Assembly: GCA_030697525.1 (NCBI GenBank)
Contig: JAUYPW010000013.1
Location: 2,293 to 66,292, forward strand
Origin: a bacterium
GTDB lineage: Bacteria; Patescibacteriota; Minisyncoccia; Sungbacterales; HO2-52-23
DNA length: 64,000 nt
Reading direction: 5' to 3'
In this document: positions 27,518 to 37,175 of the stretch, piece after piece
Layout of the letters: every line of letters starts with the position of its first letter
Position numbering within the stretch: the first letter of the stretch is position 1
Notes under the pieces: model-generated
Told to the model about the DNA's origin: nothing
The model's input: the letters and a program-made list of their open reading frames with translations, nothing else
Database searches by the model: none
Made by a program: the position numbers and the translations under genes

Positions 27518-28640
27518 AAAAAAATTGAGAATAGGAATCATAGGCGGTGGTATATTTGGGACCACCTGCGCTTTAGTTCTTGGAAAGAAGCACTCGGTAG
27601 TTTTATACGAACGCCATTCCGATATACTGACCGAGGCTTCTTATGCTAATCAATATAGACACCATATGGGTTATCACTATCCACGAAGTCCTGAAACAAT
27701 CGAGGAAATAAAAAGTTCCACAAAAGAATTCGAGACTTTTTATATAGATATGGTAGAAAACATACCCGCTTATTATTGTGTTTCCAAAAGTGATAGTCTT
27801 GTATCCTCTGACAAGTTCTTGCAAATATGCAACAGCAAAGACCTGCCCCACAAGAAGGAGTTTCCAGAAAGGTCTTTGTTAAATTCTTACAATATTTCTA
27901 TTTGTGTAAAAACACCGGAGGGAGTATATGATTATGAAAAATTGAAAAAAAATATTTGGCTAAGGCTCAAGCAAGAAAAAGGCATAAAATTAAAGCTGGG
28001 ATATAGTGTTATGGGTGGTAAGTTGGATGCTAAGGGGAAGAAACTTATTGTGGCCAGAAGTCCAAAAAACAGCCTCAGTGAAGAAATGTTTGACTGTGTA
28101 ATAAATGCCACCTATGCTAACTATAACAATTTTTGCGGCTGGTTTAATTTTAAAAAAAAACCGATTGATTTAAGGTTAAAGGAGGTCATTGTTTTAAAGA
28201 TCAAAAGTAGAAAGAAGTGCGCTATTACCATTGTGGACGGGCCATTTGCTACGCTTGTCCCTATTAGTGGCAGCGGAGATTTGTATACTTTCGGAGATGT
28301 TCCTCTCTCTGTACACCGCCATTTAGGTCTTGCTGAAAACATATCTATATATGATAACGCAGGCAATCTTCCATATTCAAAATGGGAATCAATGCGAGAA
28401 AGATGTGTCAAGTGGTTCCCTATCCTCCGGAAAGCTGAATATATAAAATCTATGTTTGTTATCCTGCCGGTTGAACTAGAAAACATAAAAAATGACGCCA
28501 GACCCACTGATATCACAGGCCATGGATCTGGTTGCTGGTCAATTTTGAGTGGTAAGATTATAACGTGTGTGTCTGCGGCCATGACCATACTTAAAGAAGT
28601 AGAGAGCTACACACAAACAAATGAAAAAAAAGATAACTAG
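27495..28640 (+). CDS. FAD-dependent oxidoreductase (DAO-like)
   Basis: IGIIGGGIFG...A Rossmann motif; AS..NQ.R.H.GYHYPRS, NATYA, DGPF and SGKI motifs. Confidence 0.75.
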   Translation: MVGVLKNKKKLRIGIIGGGIFGTTCALVLGKKHSVVLYERHSDILTEASYANQYRHHMGYHYPRSPETIEEIKSSTKEFETFYIDMVENIPAYYCVSKSDSLVSSDKFLQICNSKDLPHKKEFPERSLLNSYNISICVKTPEGVYDYEKLKKNIWLRLKQEKGIKLKLGYSVMGGKLDAKGKKLIVARSPKNSLSEEMFDCVINATYANYNNFCGWFNFKKKPIDLRLKEVIVLKIKSRKKCAITIVDGPFATLVPISGSGDLYTFGDVPLSVHRHLGLAENISIYDNAGNLPYSKWESMRERCVKWFPILRKAEYIKSMFVILPVELENIKNDARPTDITGHGSGCWSILSGKIITCVSAAMTILKEVESYTQTNEKKDN

Positions 28641-29619
28641 AATGATTATATTGAGTAAAACACCTTTTCGTCTGCCTCTGGGGGGCGGTTCTACAGACAT
28701 GCCGTCATATTACGAAAAATACAGCGGTTTTATATTTTCTGTAACAATAAATATGTATATGGATATTTTTATCAAGGAGCCAATTACAGACGACTTAGTT
28801 CATATGCACTATATGAGATATGAAGCTGAAGATTCTTCAGACAAAATTAAACACACACTGGGGAAGGAGGCATTAAAGATGATGAATATAAAAAACAAAA
28901 TTCTAGTTTCTTTTAATGCTGATACTCCGGCTGGGACAGGGCTCGGATCTTCCGGGGCTTGCGCGGTTGGTCTGCTCAAGGGCCTGGCTTTATATAAAGG
29001 GGGGACTCTAAGCAATATTGAGGCGGCGGAGAGATCTTTTATTATAACCCAAAATCTCGGATTGCCAGACGGCAAGCAAGATCCATATGTCTGCGCCTTA
29101 GGCGGTTTTGTGGTCTTGGAAATAGATAAAAATGGTAAAGTCAAAGTTACCAAACCAGCAATATCTAAAAATACCGCTGACCGATTTATAAACAATAGTC
29201 TTTTCTTTTACACAGGGATAAAACGTGATAGCGAACCCATTTTATCTGCTCAAAATACCTCCCAAGTCCTTGAGTTAAAACACCGGACCAAAGAGATTGG
29301 TAAAGAAATATATAAATGTTTTTTGAAGGGGGATCTTGATAAATTCGGAAAATTGCTAGATGAGCACTGGAGGGTAAAAAAAATGATGTCCGGCAGTATA
29401 AGTAACACTTGGCTGGATGAAATTTACCTGGTAGCCCAAAAAGCAGGGGCCCTGGGAGGTAAAATTATGGGTGCCGGAGGTGGAGGGTATTTTATGTTTT
29501 ACTGTCCTTCAGAAAAAATAAAGGCTAAGGTTAGAAAGACGTTGCAAAGGTTTAAACTTAGAGAGATGAATTTTGCTATTGATGAACATGGTGCTCGAGC
29601 CGACGCGGTTTATTTATAA
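28621..29619 (+). CDS. hddA: GHMP kinase, D-glycero-alpha-D-manno-heptose-7-phosphate kinase-like
   Basis: KTPFRLPLGGGSTD, P.GTGLGSSG, GKQD.Y..A.GG and GALGGKIMGAGGGGY motifs. Confidence 0.8.
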   Translation: MKKKITRMIILSKTPFRLPLGGGSTDMPSYYEKYSGFIFSVTINMYMDIFIKEPITDDLVHMHYMRYEAEDSSDKIKHTLGKEALKMMNIKNKILVSFNADTPAGTGLGSSGACAVGLLKGLALYKGGTLSNIEAAERSFIITQNLGLPDGKQDPYVCALGGFVVLEIDKNGKVKVTKPAISKNTADRFINNSLFFYTGIKRDSEPILSAQNTSQVLELKHRTKEIGKEIYKCFLKGDLDKFGKLLDEHWRVKKMMSGSISNTWLDEIYLVAQKAGALGGKIMGAGGGGYFMFYCPSEKIKAKVRKTLQRFKLREMNFAIDEHGARADAVYL

Positions 29620-29628
29620 TTTGTAAAA

Positions 29629-30480
29629 ATGTCTAATAACAACATAGGCTACATATTAAGTTGCCCAAATTGTAAATCTAGACTTCTAATTGAGAAAGAT
29701 TTTTGTAAATGTAGCCAATGCGGCGCTTTGTATAAACACGAAAGCGGGATATTTTTTTTCCATGACTCGGGGGAATATAATACTGGTGCTGATAAATCCG
29801 ACAATCTTATTTTTCAAATAAAGTCTCTCATTAAGAAATCCCCTAAACTATTTTATTTTCTTAATCATACACTGGGTATTCATGCTGGAAAATCAGTCAA
29901 AGATTTCCTAAGAAATATACCAAAAGGAGCACTAATCATAAACTTAGGTTCCGGATCTAATATTATAAGAGATGACGTCATAAATCTTGATTCTTATCCT
30001 TACCCTGGAGTTAAGATAGTGTCGGATGTGCACAAGTTGCCCTTTAAGGACGCATCTGTAGACGTGGTCGTAGCCGAATCCTTGCTTGAGCATGTTAAGA
30101 ATCCGGAGGCAGTGGTAAAAGAGATTTATCGGGTATTGAAGCCCGGAGGAACAATCTATATTACGACCCCCTTCATCATAGGGTTCCATTCTTCTCCGGA
30201 TGATTATTATCGTTGGACCTACTCGGGCCTTAGGATTTTATTTAAAGATTTTAAAGAAATAGAATTGGGGTCAGCGGTAGGGCCTACTGTAGCCTTTACT
30301 TATATTCTAAGGGAATGGTTAGCGGTGTTTTTTTCTTTCAATTCGGCCTATATCTACCAATTGGTAACCCTATTCCTGATGTTCATCTTGGCCCCTCTTA
30401 ATTTATTAGATTTTATACTCATTAAATATAAAATTTCTAAAAACATAGCCCATATCTTCTATTTTGTCGGTAAAAAATAA
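29629..30480 (+). CDS. SAM methyltransferase with N-terminal Zn-ribbon (Trm112-like)
   Basis: CPNCK...CSQCG..Y; NLGSG, LPFKDASVD, LEHV and RVLKPGG motifs. Confidence 0.8.
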   Translation: MSNNNIGYILSCPNCKSRLLIEKDFCKCSQCGALYKHESGIFFFHDSGEYNTGADKSDNLIFQIKSLIKKSPKLFYFLNHTLGIHAGKSVKDFLRNIPKGALIINLGSGSNIIRDDVINLDSYPYPGVKIVSDVHKLPFKDASVDVVVAESLLEHVKNPEAVVKEIYRVLKPGGTIYITTPFIIGFHSSPDDYYRWTYSGLRILFKDFKEIELGSAVGPTVAFTYILREWLAVFFSFNSAYIYQLVTLFLMFILAPLNLLDFILIKYKISKNIAHIFYFVGKK

Positions 30481-30496
30481 CCTTCCTTGTTTTATT

Positions 30497-32314
30497 ATGT
30501 TTAGACGTCACTATATATGTATTGTTTGTGCGGTGCTAGTCGGGCTTATATATGTTTTGCCTAACCTTATTTTTATTAATTCTCTGGGCGAGGAATATAA
30601 AGGCATACCCATGTTGCAGACAGCCAATGAAGACGCTTATTTGGCTAGGATAAGAGAGATTGTAGATGGGCATTGGCTGGTTGGATCCTTTACCTCTTTT
30701 GAATATAAAAATTATTTGCCGCTAACTCCCCCGACTGGGGAATTTTTCTACGCTATTCCAAGCCTGCTATTCAATATTTCTCCAGTTAATACCCTGATCG
30801 CCAGCAAGCTATTTTTCCCAGCCATTTTATTTGTTTTGGTGTATTATTTGATTTATTTATTGATAGAATCAGGTGGTTCTGTATGGCAAAGAAAACTTAG
30901 TTCTTTAGCAGGAGCCTTTGTTGTAACTCTGGGTTACGACCTGGTAGATTATCGTAATTTGTGGGGCTTTCTTTCCGGTAAAATTGATTTGACGGACCAA
31001 TTTCTTCTATGGGCCAGACCAGTCAATCCTATCTTGGGGGCCATATTTTTATTTAGCTTCCTAATTATATTATGGGGGATACTTACAAAATCTGAAAATT
31101 CCTGTATAAGAATACTCACGGCGGGAATGTTTCTTGCTCTAATGATGGGTAGCTATTTTTTTAGCTGGGGAATAGCGGTTTCTATTTTAGGAACAGTAGT
31201 ACTAATATATCTTTCCCAAAAAAACTTTAAAATCGTCAAAAGGTTGGTCGGAGTTGTGTTGGTTGCTCTGGTTTTGTCGTCTCCATACTGGTACATGTCT
31301 TGGTTGGCCTCACAAAATCCGTGGTACAAGGACTCTATATTGAGAAGTGGCATTTTTTATACACACCACCCTATTTTAAATAAGTTTATTTTAGCATCTC
31401 TAGTTTTTTATTTCATCCTTATCTTTATAGACGCGTTTAAATTTCTTGGTGGCCATTTTCGATTGAGAGAGATAGCGTCCTTTCTCAAAAAAGAACAACT
31501 TAATGAACGGAATATTTTCTGTCTGGCTACTCTCCTTGGTTCTCTTTGGGCCTATAATCAACAGGTTGTAACCGGAGTGACCCTATGGCCTTATCACTTT
31601 GTCCAGTACTCTATCCCGCTGGTTTTTGTTTTTTTTATTACCCTGCTTCATAATATAATAAAAAAATGGTCAAAATTGATTTGGTTTTTTGTGGTATTTT
31701 TGATTATAATTTCATCTCTGGCATTTGGCATATACACACAGACAAGTGTTTTTTATAAACACTTTGGAGATTATAAAAAATTACAATTATATGATTCAGT
31801 TATATCCTGGCTCAACAATAAAGAAAAAGACTGTGTGGTGCTGATAAGCAATGATTCTGATTCAGCAATAAAGATAGAAAACTTGATACCATCCTTTACC
31901 CACTGCAACCTATATATTTCTAATGCCTTTTTGTCTCTAATGCCAAGCGATAGGATATATCATAACTATTTGATCTATTTGAGACTAAAAGGAATTTCTG
32001 CTAAGAGTATAGATAAATATCTAAATGAACACAAACCCGAAATCAGAAAATTTCTGCTCAATAATTGGAAAGAAGTATACCAAGTAAAGAACTTTCCAGA
32101 CTTCACCTATTCTAAATCAGAAAGCAGAATAGCTAACATAGCCAAAGATTATAAAGATTTTTCAACTCGCGATTTTCGATCAGAACTTAGCAGATATAAA
32201 CTTGATTTTATTCTTTCGGTTGGTGAACTTGACAAAAACATTCTAAAGCAATTACCCGGCACCAAATTAGATTTCAAGTCTGATAATACCTTTATCTATA
32301 AGTTCGCCAAATAA
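30497..32314 (+). CDS. Multi-TM membrane protein, probable GT-C glycosyltransferase
   Basis: About 11-13 hydrophobic segments; acidic NEDAYL..I.E loop after TM1; soluble C-terminal domain; likely start ATG 30497. Confidence 0.55.
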   Translation: MFRRHYICIVCAVLVGLIYVLPNLIFINSLGEEYKGIPMLQTANEDAYLARIREIVDGHWLVGSFTSFEYKNYLPLTPPTGEFFYAIPSLLFNISPVNTLIASKLFFPAILFVLVYYLIYLLIESGGSVWQRKLSSLAGAFVVTLGYDLVDYRNLWGFLSGKIDLTDQFLLWARPVNPILGAIFLFSFLIILWGILTKSENSCIRILTAGMFLALMMGSYFFSWGIAVSILGTVVLIYLSQKNFKIVKRLVGVVLVALVLSSPYWYMSWLASQNPWYKDSILRSGIFYTHHPILNKFILASLVFYFILIFIDAFKFLGGHFRLREIASFLKKEQLNERNIFCLATLLGSLWAYNQQVVTGVTLWPYHFVQYSIPLVFVFFITLLHNIIKKWSKLIWFFVVFLIIISSLAFGIYTQTSVFYKHFGDYKKLQLYDSVISWLNNKEKDCVVLISNDSDSAIKIENLIPSFTHCNLYISNAFLSLMPSDRIYHNYLIYLRLKGISAKSIDKYLNEHKPEIRKFLLNNWKEVYQVKNFPDFTYSKSESRIANIAKDYKDFSTRDFRSELSRYKLDFILSVGELDKNILKQLPGTKLDFKSDNTFIYKFAK

Positions 32315-32399
32315 TTATAGGAATGTTTAAAAAATATCGGAAACAAACTCAAACAATAAGGTGTTATAAAACTATAAAAGCTTATTAAGTCAAACACTA

Positions 32400-33476
32400 A
32401 TGTCCAAAAAAGCATTAATAACTGGGGTAACCGGACAGGATGGCTCTTACCTTGCAGAGCTTTTGTTAAAAAAAGGTTACCGGGTATATGGTTTGCAAAG
32501 AGGGGCCAGTGTGCCCAACACTGCCCGGGTGGATCATTTAAACGGAGGATCCTCCCCAGCCAACTTTTTTATGGCCTATGCTGATTTATCCGACAGCTCC
32601 AGTTTAACAAACATTATAAACAGAATTAAGCCGGACGAAATTTATAATCTAGGCGCACAGAGCCATGTACAAATAAGTTTTGATATACCAGAATATACTG
32701 CCAATGTAGATGCGCTGGGCCCTCTGAGGATTTTAGAAATAATTCGTGGCCTGAATTTGCCCACTAGATATTATCAGGCTAGTTCGTCGGAGATGTTTGG
32801 AAAAGTTCTTGCCACACCGCAAAATGAAAAAACTCCTCTTAATCCGCAGTCTCCTTATGGACTCTCAAAGGTTTTTGCTTTCCATATCACTAAAATTTAC
32901 CGCGAAGGATACGGAATATTTGCATCTAATGGTATGCTCTTCAATCACGAATCTCCGCGGCGCGGATTGAATTTTGTAACTAGAAAAATTACCGTGGGCA
33001 TGGCCCGCATAAAACTTGGCCTGCAAAAAACGCTACAACTGGGCAATCTTGAATCCAAACGTGATTGGGGATATGCCAAGGATTATGCGGAAGCTGTTTG
33101 GATGATTCTTCAGCACAAGGAGCCGGATGATTTTGTAATAGCTACCGGTGAGACACACACAGTCCGTGAATTTGTCCAAGAAGTCGCTGGTCATTTGGAT
33201 TTTGACTTGGTTTGGAGAGGAAAGGGTCTTAAGGAGCACGGAATTGATAGAAAAAGCGGCAAAGTAATAATAGAAATAAGCCCGAAATATTTTCGTCCTA
33301 AAGAAGTAGATACCCTGATAGGTGATGCTTCAAAAGCTCGCAGGATTCTAGGGTGGAAACCAAAAACAAAATTTGTCCAATTAGCTAAACTTATGGCTTT
33401 AGCGGATCTTGAAAATGTTAAACGTGGGCAAGAATTGGGCCTTGCTATGGAGACATCCAGCAATAGAAATTCTTAA
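32400..33476 (+). CDS. gmd: GDP-mannose 4,6-dehydratase
   Basis: [59 protein letters not shown] and RDWG.A.DY motifs. Confidence 0.95.
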   Translation: MSKKALITGVTGQDGSYLAELLLKKGYRVYGLQRGASVPNTARVDHLNGGSSPANFFMAYADLSDSSSLTNIINRIKPDEIYNLGAQSHVQISFDIPEYTANVDALGPLRILEIIRGLNLPTRYYQASSSEMFGKVLATPQNEKTPLNPQSPYGLSKVFAFHITKIYREGYGIFASNGMLFNHESPRRGLNFVTRKITVGMARIKLGLQKTLQLGNLESKRDWGYAKDYAEAVWMILQHKEPDDFVIATGETHTVREFVQEVAGHLDFDLVWRGKGLKEHGIDRKSGKVIIEISPKYFRPKEVDTLIGDASKARRILGWKPKTKFVQLAKLMALADLENVKRGQELGLAMETSSNRNS

Positions 33477-33515
33477 ACGATTCTCTAGACCCTTTTCCAC
33501 TATTATATATTCTAA

Positions 33516-34706
33516 ATGAGGATATATTTTATTACTACAAAACTAAACTTTGTTAATGCTGGCGGATCAGTCAGAGATATTGACCTGCGCGCTAAAGCCC
33601 TAGTAGAAATGGGGCATACGGTGACCGTTATAAGCGCCTTCCCCGAATCAAATATTATCACCGAATCTTTGCCATATCAGGTCAAAGAAGAATTTATTCG
33701 CTCGCGGGGCTTGTTAGGTATTCAAATAGGCGCCCACCGCATTATAAAAAAATATGAACAAAAAGCCGATGTTTTCCACGTTGATGGCCAAGTGTTTTTA
33801 TATGCTGCTGGTTGGTACCGTCTGATGGGTGGTCGCGTGCCGGTTCTAAGTCTTTTCAATCACTGGCTTAATGCCTGGGCGGACGAAACCCAAGCTGACG
33901 TCAAACCAGTTAAACCCTACTGGTGGTGGGCCAAATGGCTGAAGAAAAAACTGCGTTTTTTCTTGGAACGAAGGCTGGGAGTATTTATTGCCAACCGGGC
34001 CGATGCTTTTATTTTTGATACCCCACAGATAGAAAAAAAATTTATTAGTCTTGGTTTCAACGCACACAAGGGATTTGTTTTGCCAGATTTTGTTGATACT
34101 CAAGGATCGCTTGCAGGGGAGTCTATGACGATGGATAAGATTATATCCCATCAGCAACCACGCCGAGGTATAGTTACCATACTACTGACCGGCAGAATGT
34201 TGCCGGAGAAGGGTTTTGATATGGCAATTAAAGCTTTTGTCTCCCTACCCAATAAAGAGAATTATCGTGTTATTATGAGCGGTACTGGTCCGGAATTAAA
34301 TAATCTCCAGCGCCAAGTCTCCGAACTAAAGTTGCAGGATTTTTTTTATTTTCCTGGTTGGGTGGATAGGGAAGAATTGTTAAGTTTTTTCCAGCAAGCG
34401 CAGATTTTTATTTTTCCGAATTGGTGGCCAGAATATGGTTCAGTGACGTTTGAAGAGGCTATGTCTTTTGGATTAGCAAGTATTATACCAGACGGAGGGG
34501 CTTTAGAGTGGTTGTCGGGCGGTACGGCCTTCACGTTTAAAAGTAATAACGTAGCTGACCTTTCCCGTGCTATGCAGCAATTAGGCGAGGATACTAATCT
34601 CAGAATTAAGATAGCACAAAAAAGCTTGGAGCATATCGTCAAGCTCGATTATCGAATAGTCGGCAGAGAATTGGAAAGAATACTCAAATCTATTGTCCAG
34701 ATTTAA
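33516..34706 (+). CDS. GT4 glycosyltransferase
   Basis: GRMLPEKG, SGTGPE, FPGWV and PEYGSVTFEEAMSFG (EX7E) motifs. Confidence 0.85.
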   Translation: MRIYFITTKLNFVNAGGSVRDIDLRAKALVEMGHTVTVISAFPESNIITESLPYQVKEEFIRSRGLLGIQIGAHRIIKKYEQKADVFHVDGQVFLYAAGWYRLMGGRVPVLSLFNHWLNAWADETQADVKPVKPYWWWAKWLKKKLRFFLERRLGVFIANRADAFIFDTPQIEKKFISLGFNAHKGFVLPDFVDTQGSLAGESMTMDKIISHQQPRRGIVTILLTGRMLPEKGFDMAIKAFVSLPNKENYRVIMSGTGPELNNLQRQVSELKLQDFFYFPGWVDREELLSFFQQAQIFIFPNWWPEYGSVTFEEAMSFGLASIIPDGGALEWLSGGTAFTFKSNNVADLSRAMQQLGEDTNLRIKIAQKSLEHIVKLDYRIVGRELERILKSIVQI

Positions 34707-36204
34707 TTTTTCGAAATATTAAGTCTGCTAAGTCTGTGAGTTGTTTTTTATTTTTTTCCTTGTTAACTTGTCTGCCATACTGCAATTGCCAGATACTTAC
34801 CATATCAACATCGGCACTCTCTTTATAAACAGCCGCAATAAGATCAAGTAACGCCTGCTCGTCGTGTGCGAAGTTTTCTAATTGTTCTTTAATTAAATAC
34901 GGCAGGTCTTCAATCGCCCGACAGTGCTTGACCATAGGCAGAATGTTATAGAAAACCCGACCGAAAGTAATTACCGGTTTTTTAAATAAAATTGCTTCCC
35001 AGCCAGCCGTACCGGTTGTAGTCACCACTAATTTAGCATTTTTTAATAATTCCGTACTGACCACTGAAGGATTAATAAGTTTAGCATTAGGTATTTTTTT
35101 AATTTGTTTGTAAAAATAACGTGGGCGAAAACCGAACATGGCTGGATGTTCTTTGATGTATAATTTATACCCGACAGGCAAAGAGCGCGCGATCTGTTTG
35201 ATAAGATAAAGCTGGTCTGTGTAAAAAGGAGCAAAAAGCAAACTGGCTATTTCCGGCTCAAGCTGTAAAGCGTAGAAAGCAAAGTTTTCTTGAAAATCAA
35301 CTTTGTCATAGAGGTCGTCAAAACCGATTAAAACTCGCAGTTTTCTCTTTAATTTATCCCAAACATGATGCCATGGTTTGATGTTGGAATAGTCATCTTT
35401 GTTTTTATCTTTAAGATATCTCCACCAACTGCGTCCCAGCCAACCTAGAGAACGAAAAATATGCCTAGGTGATAAGAATCTAAATTGTTTCTCCCTGTTG
35501 GTCGGTCTGTTTTGAGGCAGATCTATTGAGGAGGGCGGGAGCGGGTTGGAACGAAAACGGTTTAAGAATGCTTGTGAGGCAAGCACGTCCACATCATCAG
35601 ATCGGTGATTGACCCGTATCTTTTTATATGTTTTTTCTACGTCAGTAAGGGTATTATAGTCATCGGTAACGGAATATTTATGCTCAACTCGTGTTGACAT
35701 AATAACAAACGTTTTGATATTTCTTTTTTTAGCAATTTGGTAAAGGAGTAAACCGCCAAGTGGCCCGGCAACCACGAAAATAACAAAATCCGGTTTTTCT
35801 TTATCCAGGAAATTGATAATAGCCTTGGCGTTTACTTGCAATATCTTCAGCATCTCCTCATGGGTATAAGGTGGTGTGTTGTAAGGATACTCACGCAAAA
35901 ACATGCCGTGTCTTATAATGCGGTCAACTTCTATGTATGGCCATAGGTTTGGTAAGCCATATTCCATCTCAAGGTTTTTTAGATAAGCCATATCAAGAGC
36001 TTCACTTTTGTATCTTTTTTGCACATCCTCATCCAATAATAAAGAAGAATATTCTATCTCTTTTTGGTTTTTGAGAAACTCATAACTGTCCCGTGTCTGC
36101 ACATAGCCGCAGAAATCACGGATTCCATATTTTTTTTTCAAAATCACGGCCAATTCATGGCCGACGTAGGCAAAGCTTCTATGTAAAAAAAGGCCTATTT
36201 TCAT
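34690..36204 (-). CDS. Capsule_synth/KpsS-like GT-B protein, candidate ulosonic acid transferase
   Basis: FYALQLEPE.A, Q...I..IARSLP....LYIKEHP and TGTAGWEA....KPVITFG..FY motifs, as in KpsS/KpsC-like families. Confidence 0.7.
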   Translation of the reverse strand: MKIGLFLHRSFAYVGHELAVILKKKYGIRDFCGYVQTRDSYEFLKNQKEIEYSSLLLDEDVQKRYKSEALDMAYLKNLEMEYGLPNLWPYIEVDRIIRHGMFLREYPYNTPPYTHEEMLKILQVNAKAIINFLDKEKPDFVIFVVAGPLGGLLLYQIAKKRNIKTFVIMSTRVEHKYSVTDDYNTLTDVEKTYKKIRVNHRSDDVDVLASQAFLNRFRSNPLPPSSIDLPQNRPTNREKQFRFLSPRHIFRSLGWLGRSWWRYLKDKNKDDYSNIKPWHHVWDKLKRKLRVLIGFDDLYDKVDFQENFAFYALQLEPEIASLLFAPFYTDQLYLIKQIARSLPVGYKLYIKEHPAMFGFRPRYFYKQIKKIPNAKLINPSVVSTELLKNAKLVVTTTGTAGWEAILFKKPVITFGRVFYNILPMVKHCRAIEDLPYLIKEQLENFAHDEQALLDLIAAVYKESADVDMVSIWQLQYGRQVNKEKNKKQLTDLADLIFRKIKSGQ

Positions 36205-37106
36205 AGCTTCTGCAAGAGAAGATTATAATATCCTGTTTTATACAATTTTCCTTCAGAAAGTTTATCTAAGGATTTAATCTCTCCATTTTCGGCTATCACA
36301 TTTATCATCAACCCAAAGCCCCTTAGTTTTTCAAGAAATAATTGGGGGTCTTCACCGGTTTTCTCCAAAACGCCAGGAAGAAACTCCATAATTACAGAAA
36401 TATCTTTTTGTTTTTGGAGGAACTCCAGCATTCCTCTAAAAGCTAGGGGTTCGCCACCCTCTATGTCTATTTTTAAGAAGTTAACTGCTGGCATACCGAC
36501 CTGTCTTAAGAAATGATCTATCGTAGTCGACTCAGTCGCTGTTTTCTTTGCTTCGACAGAAGCAAATATACTGTGGGATCCAGTACTGCCCGGAAGTATA
36601 AAAAAATCTATAGAGCCGATCTTGTCACTTACTGCCTTGTTGCATAGAGTAACGTTTCTAAGATGGTGGGTATTCTTTTTAAGAAGTTCAAAGTTTTCAA
36701 TATTGGGTTCAAATGCATATACTCTCCCTTCTTGCCCCACAAGCTTTGAAAATATTCTTGTATAGTATCCAATATGGGCTCCGATATCCATTACTACCAT
36801 TTTGGGCTTGATCAATTTTTTGCATATATGCACAGAGTCTCTTTCATATTTTTCCATTAACATTTCCAGCTTCCATTCCCAGTTGAATTTTTTTGGGAAA
36901 TAGAATCTATTCAATCTTGACAAAAATTGTGCGTAGATATCTAAAAACAAAACCACCCCCCTTTTTATAGGTATTGGAAGAATAGATGACGCTTTTTTAA
37001 TTCTGTCTAAAACTTCAGTGGTTTGAGCCATTGCAAAAATTGACCTTTCTCTTTCTTTCGCCTTCCAACTTGATATAAGTAACCTCCTTTTATAATAAAA
37101 CCCCAT
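36201..37106 (-). CDS. FkbM-family methyltransferase
   Basis: DIGAHIGYYT, VYAFEPN..NF..L..N and KIDIEGGE motifs; true start may be ATG 37031. Confidence 0.9.
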   Translation of the reverse strand: MGFYYKRRLLISSWKAKERERSIFAMAQTTEVLDRIKKASSILPIPIKRGVVLFLDIYAQFLSRLNRFYFPKKFNWEWKLEMLMEKYERDSVHICKKLIKPKMVVMDIGAHIGYYTRIFSKLVGQEGRVYAFEPNIENFELLKKNTHHLRNVTLCNKAVSDKIGSIDFFILPGSTGSHSIFASVEAKKTATESTTIDHFLRQVGMPAVNFLKIDIEGGEPLAFRGMLEFLQKQKDISVIMEFLPGVLEKTGEDPQLFLEKLRGFGLMINVIAENGEIKSLDKLSEGKLYKTGYYNLLLQKL

Positions 37107-37175
37107 TTTCTATACAGTATACATTATAAAACATCTAAGTAAGCCGTTTTGTTATAAGAAGGTATAGCCATTTTT

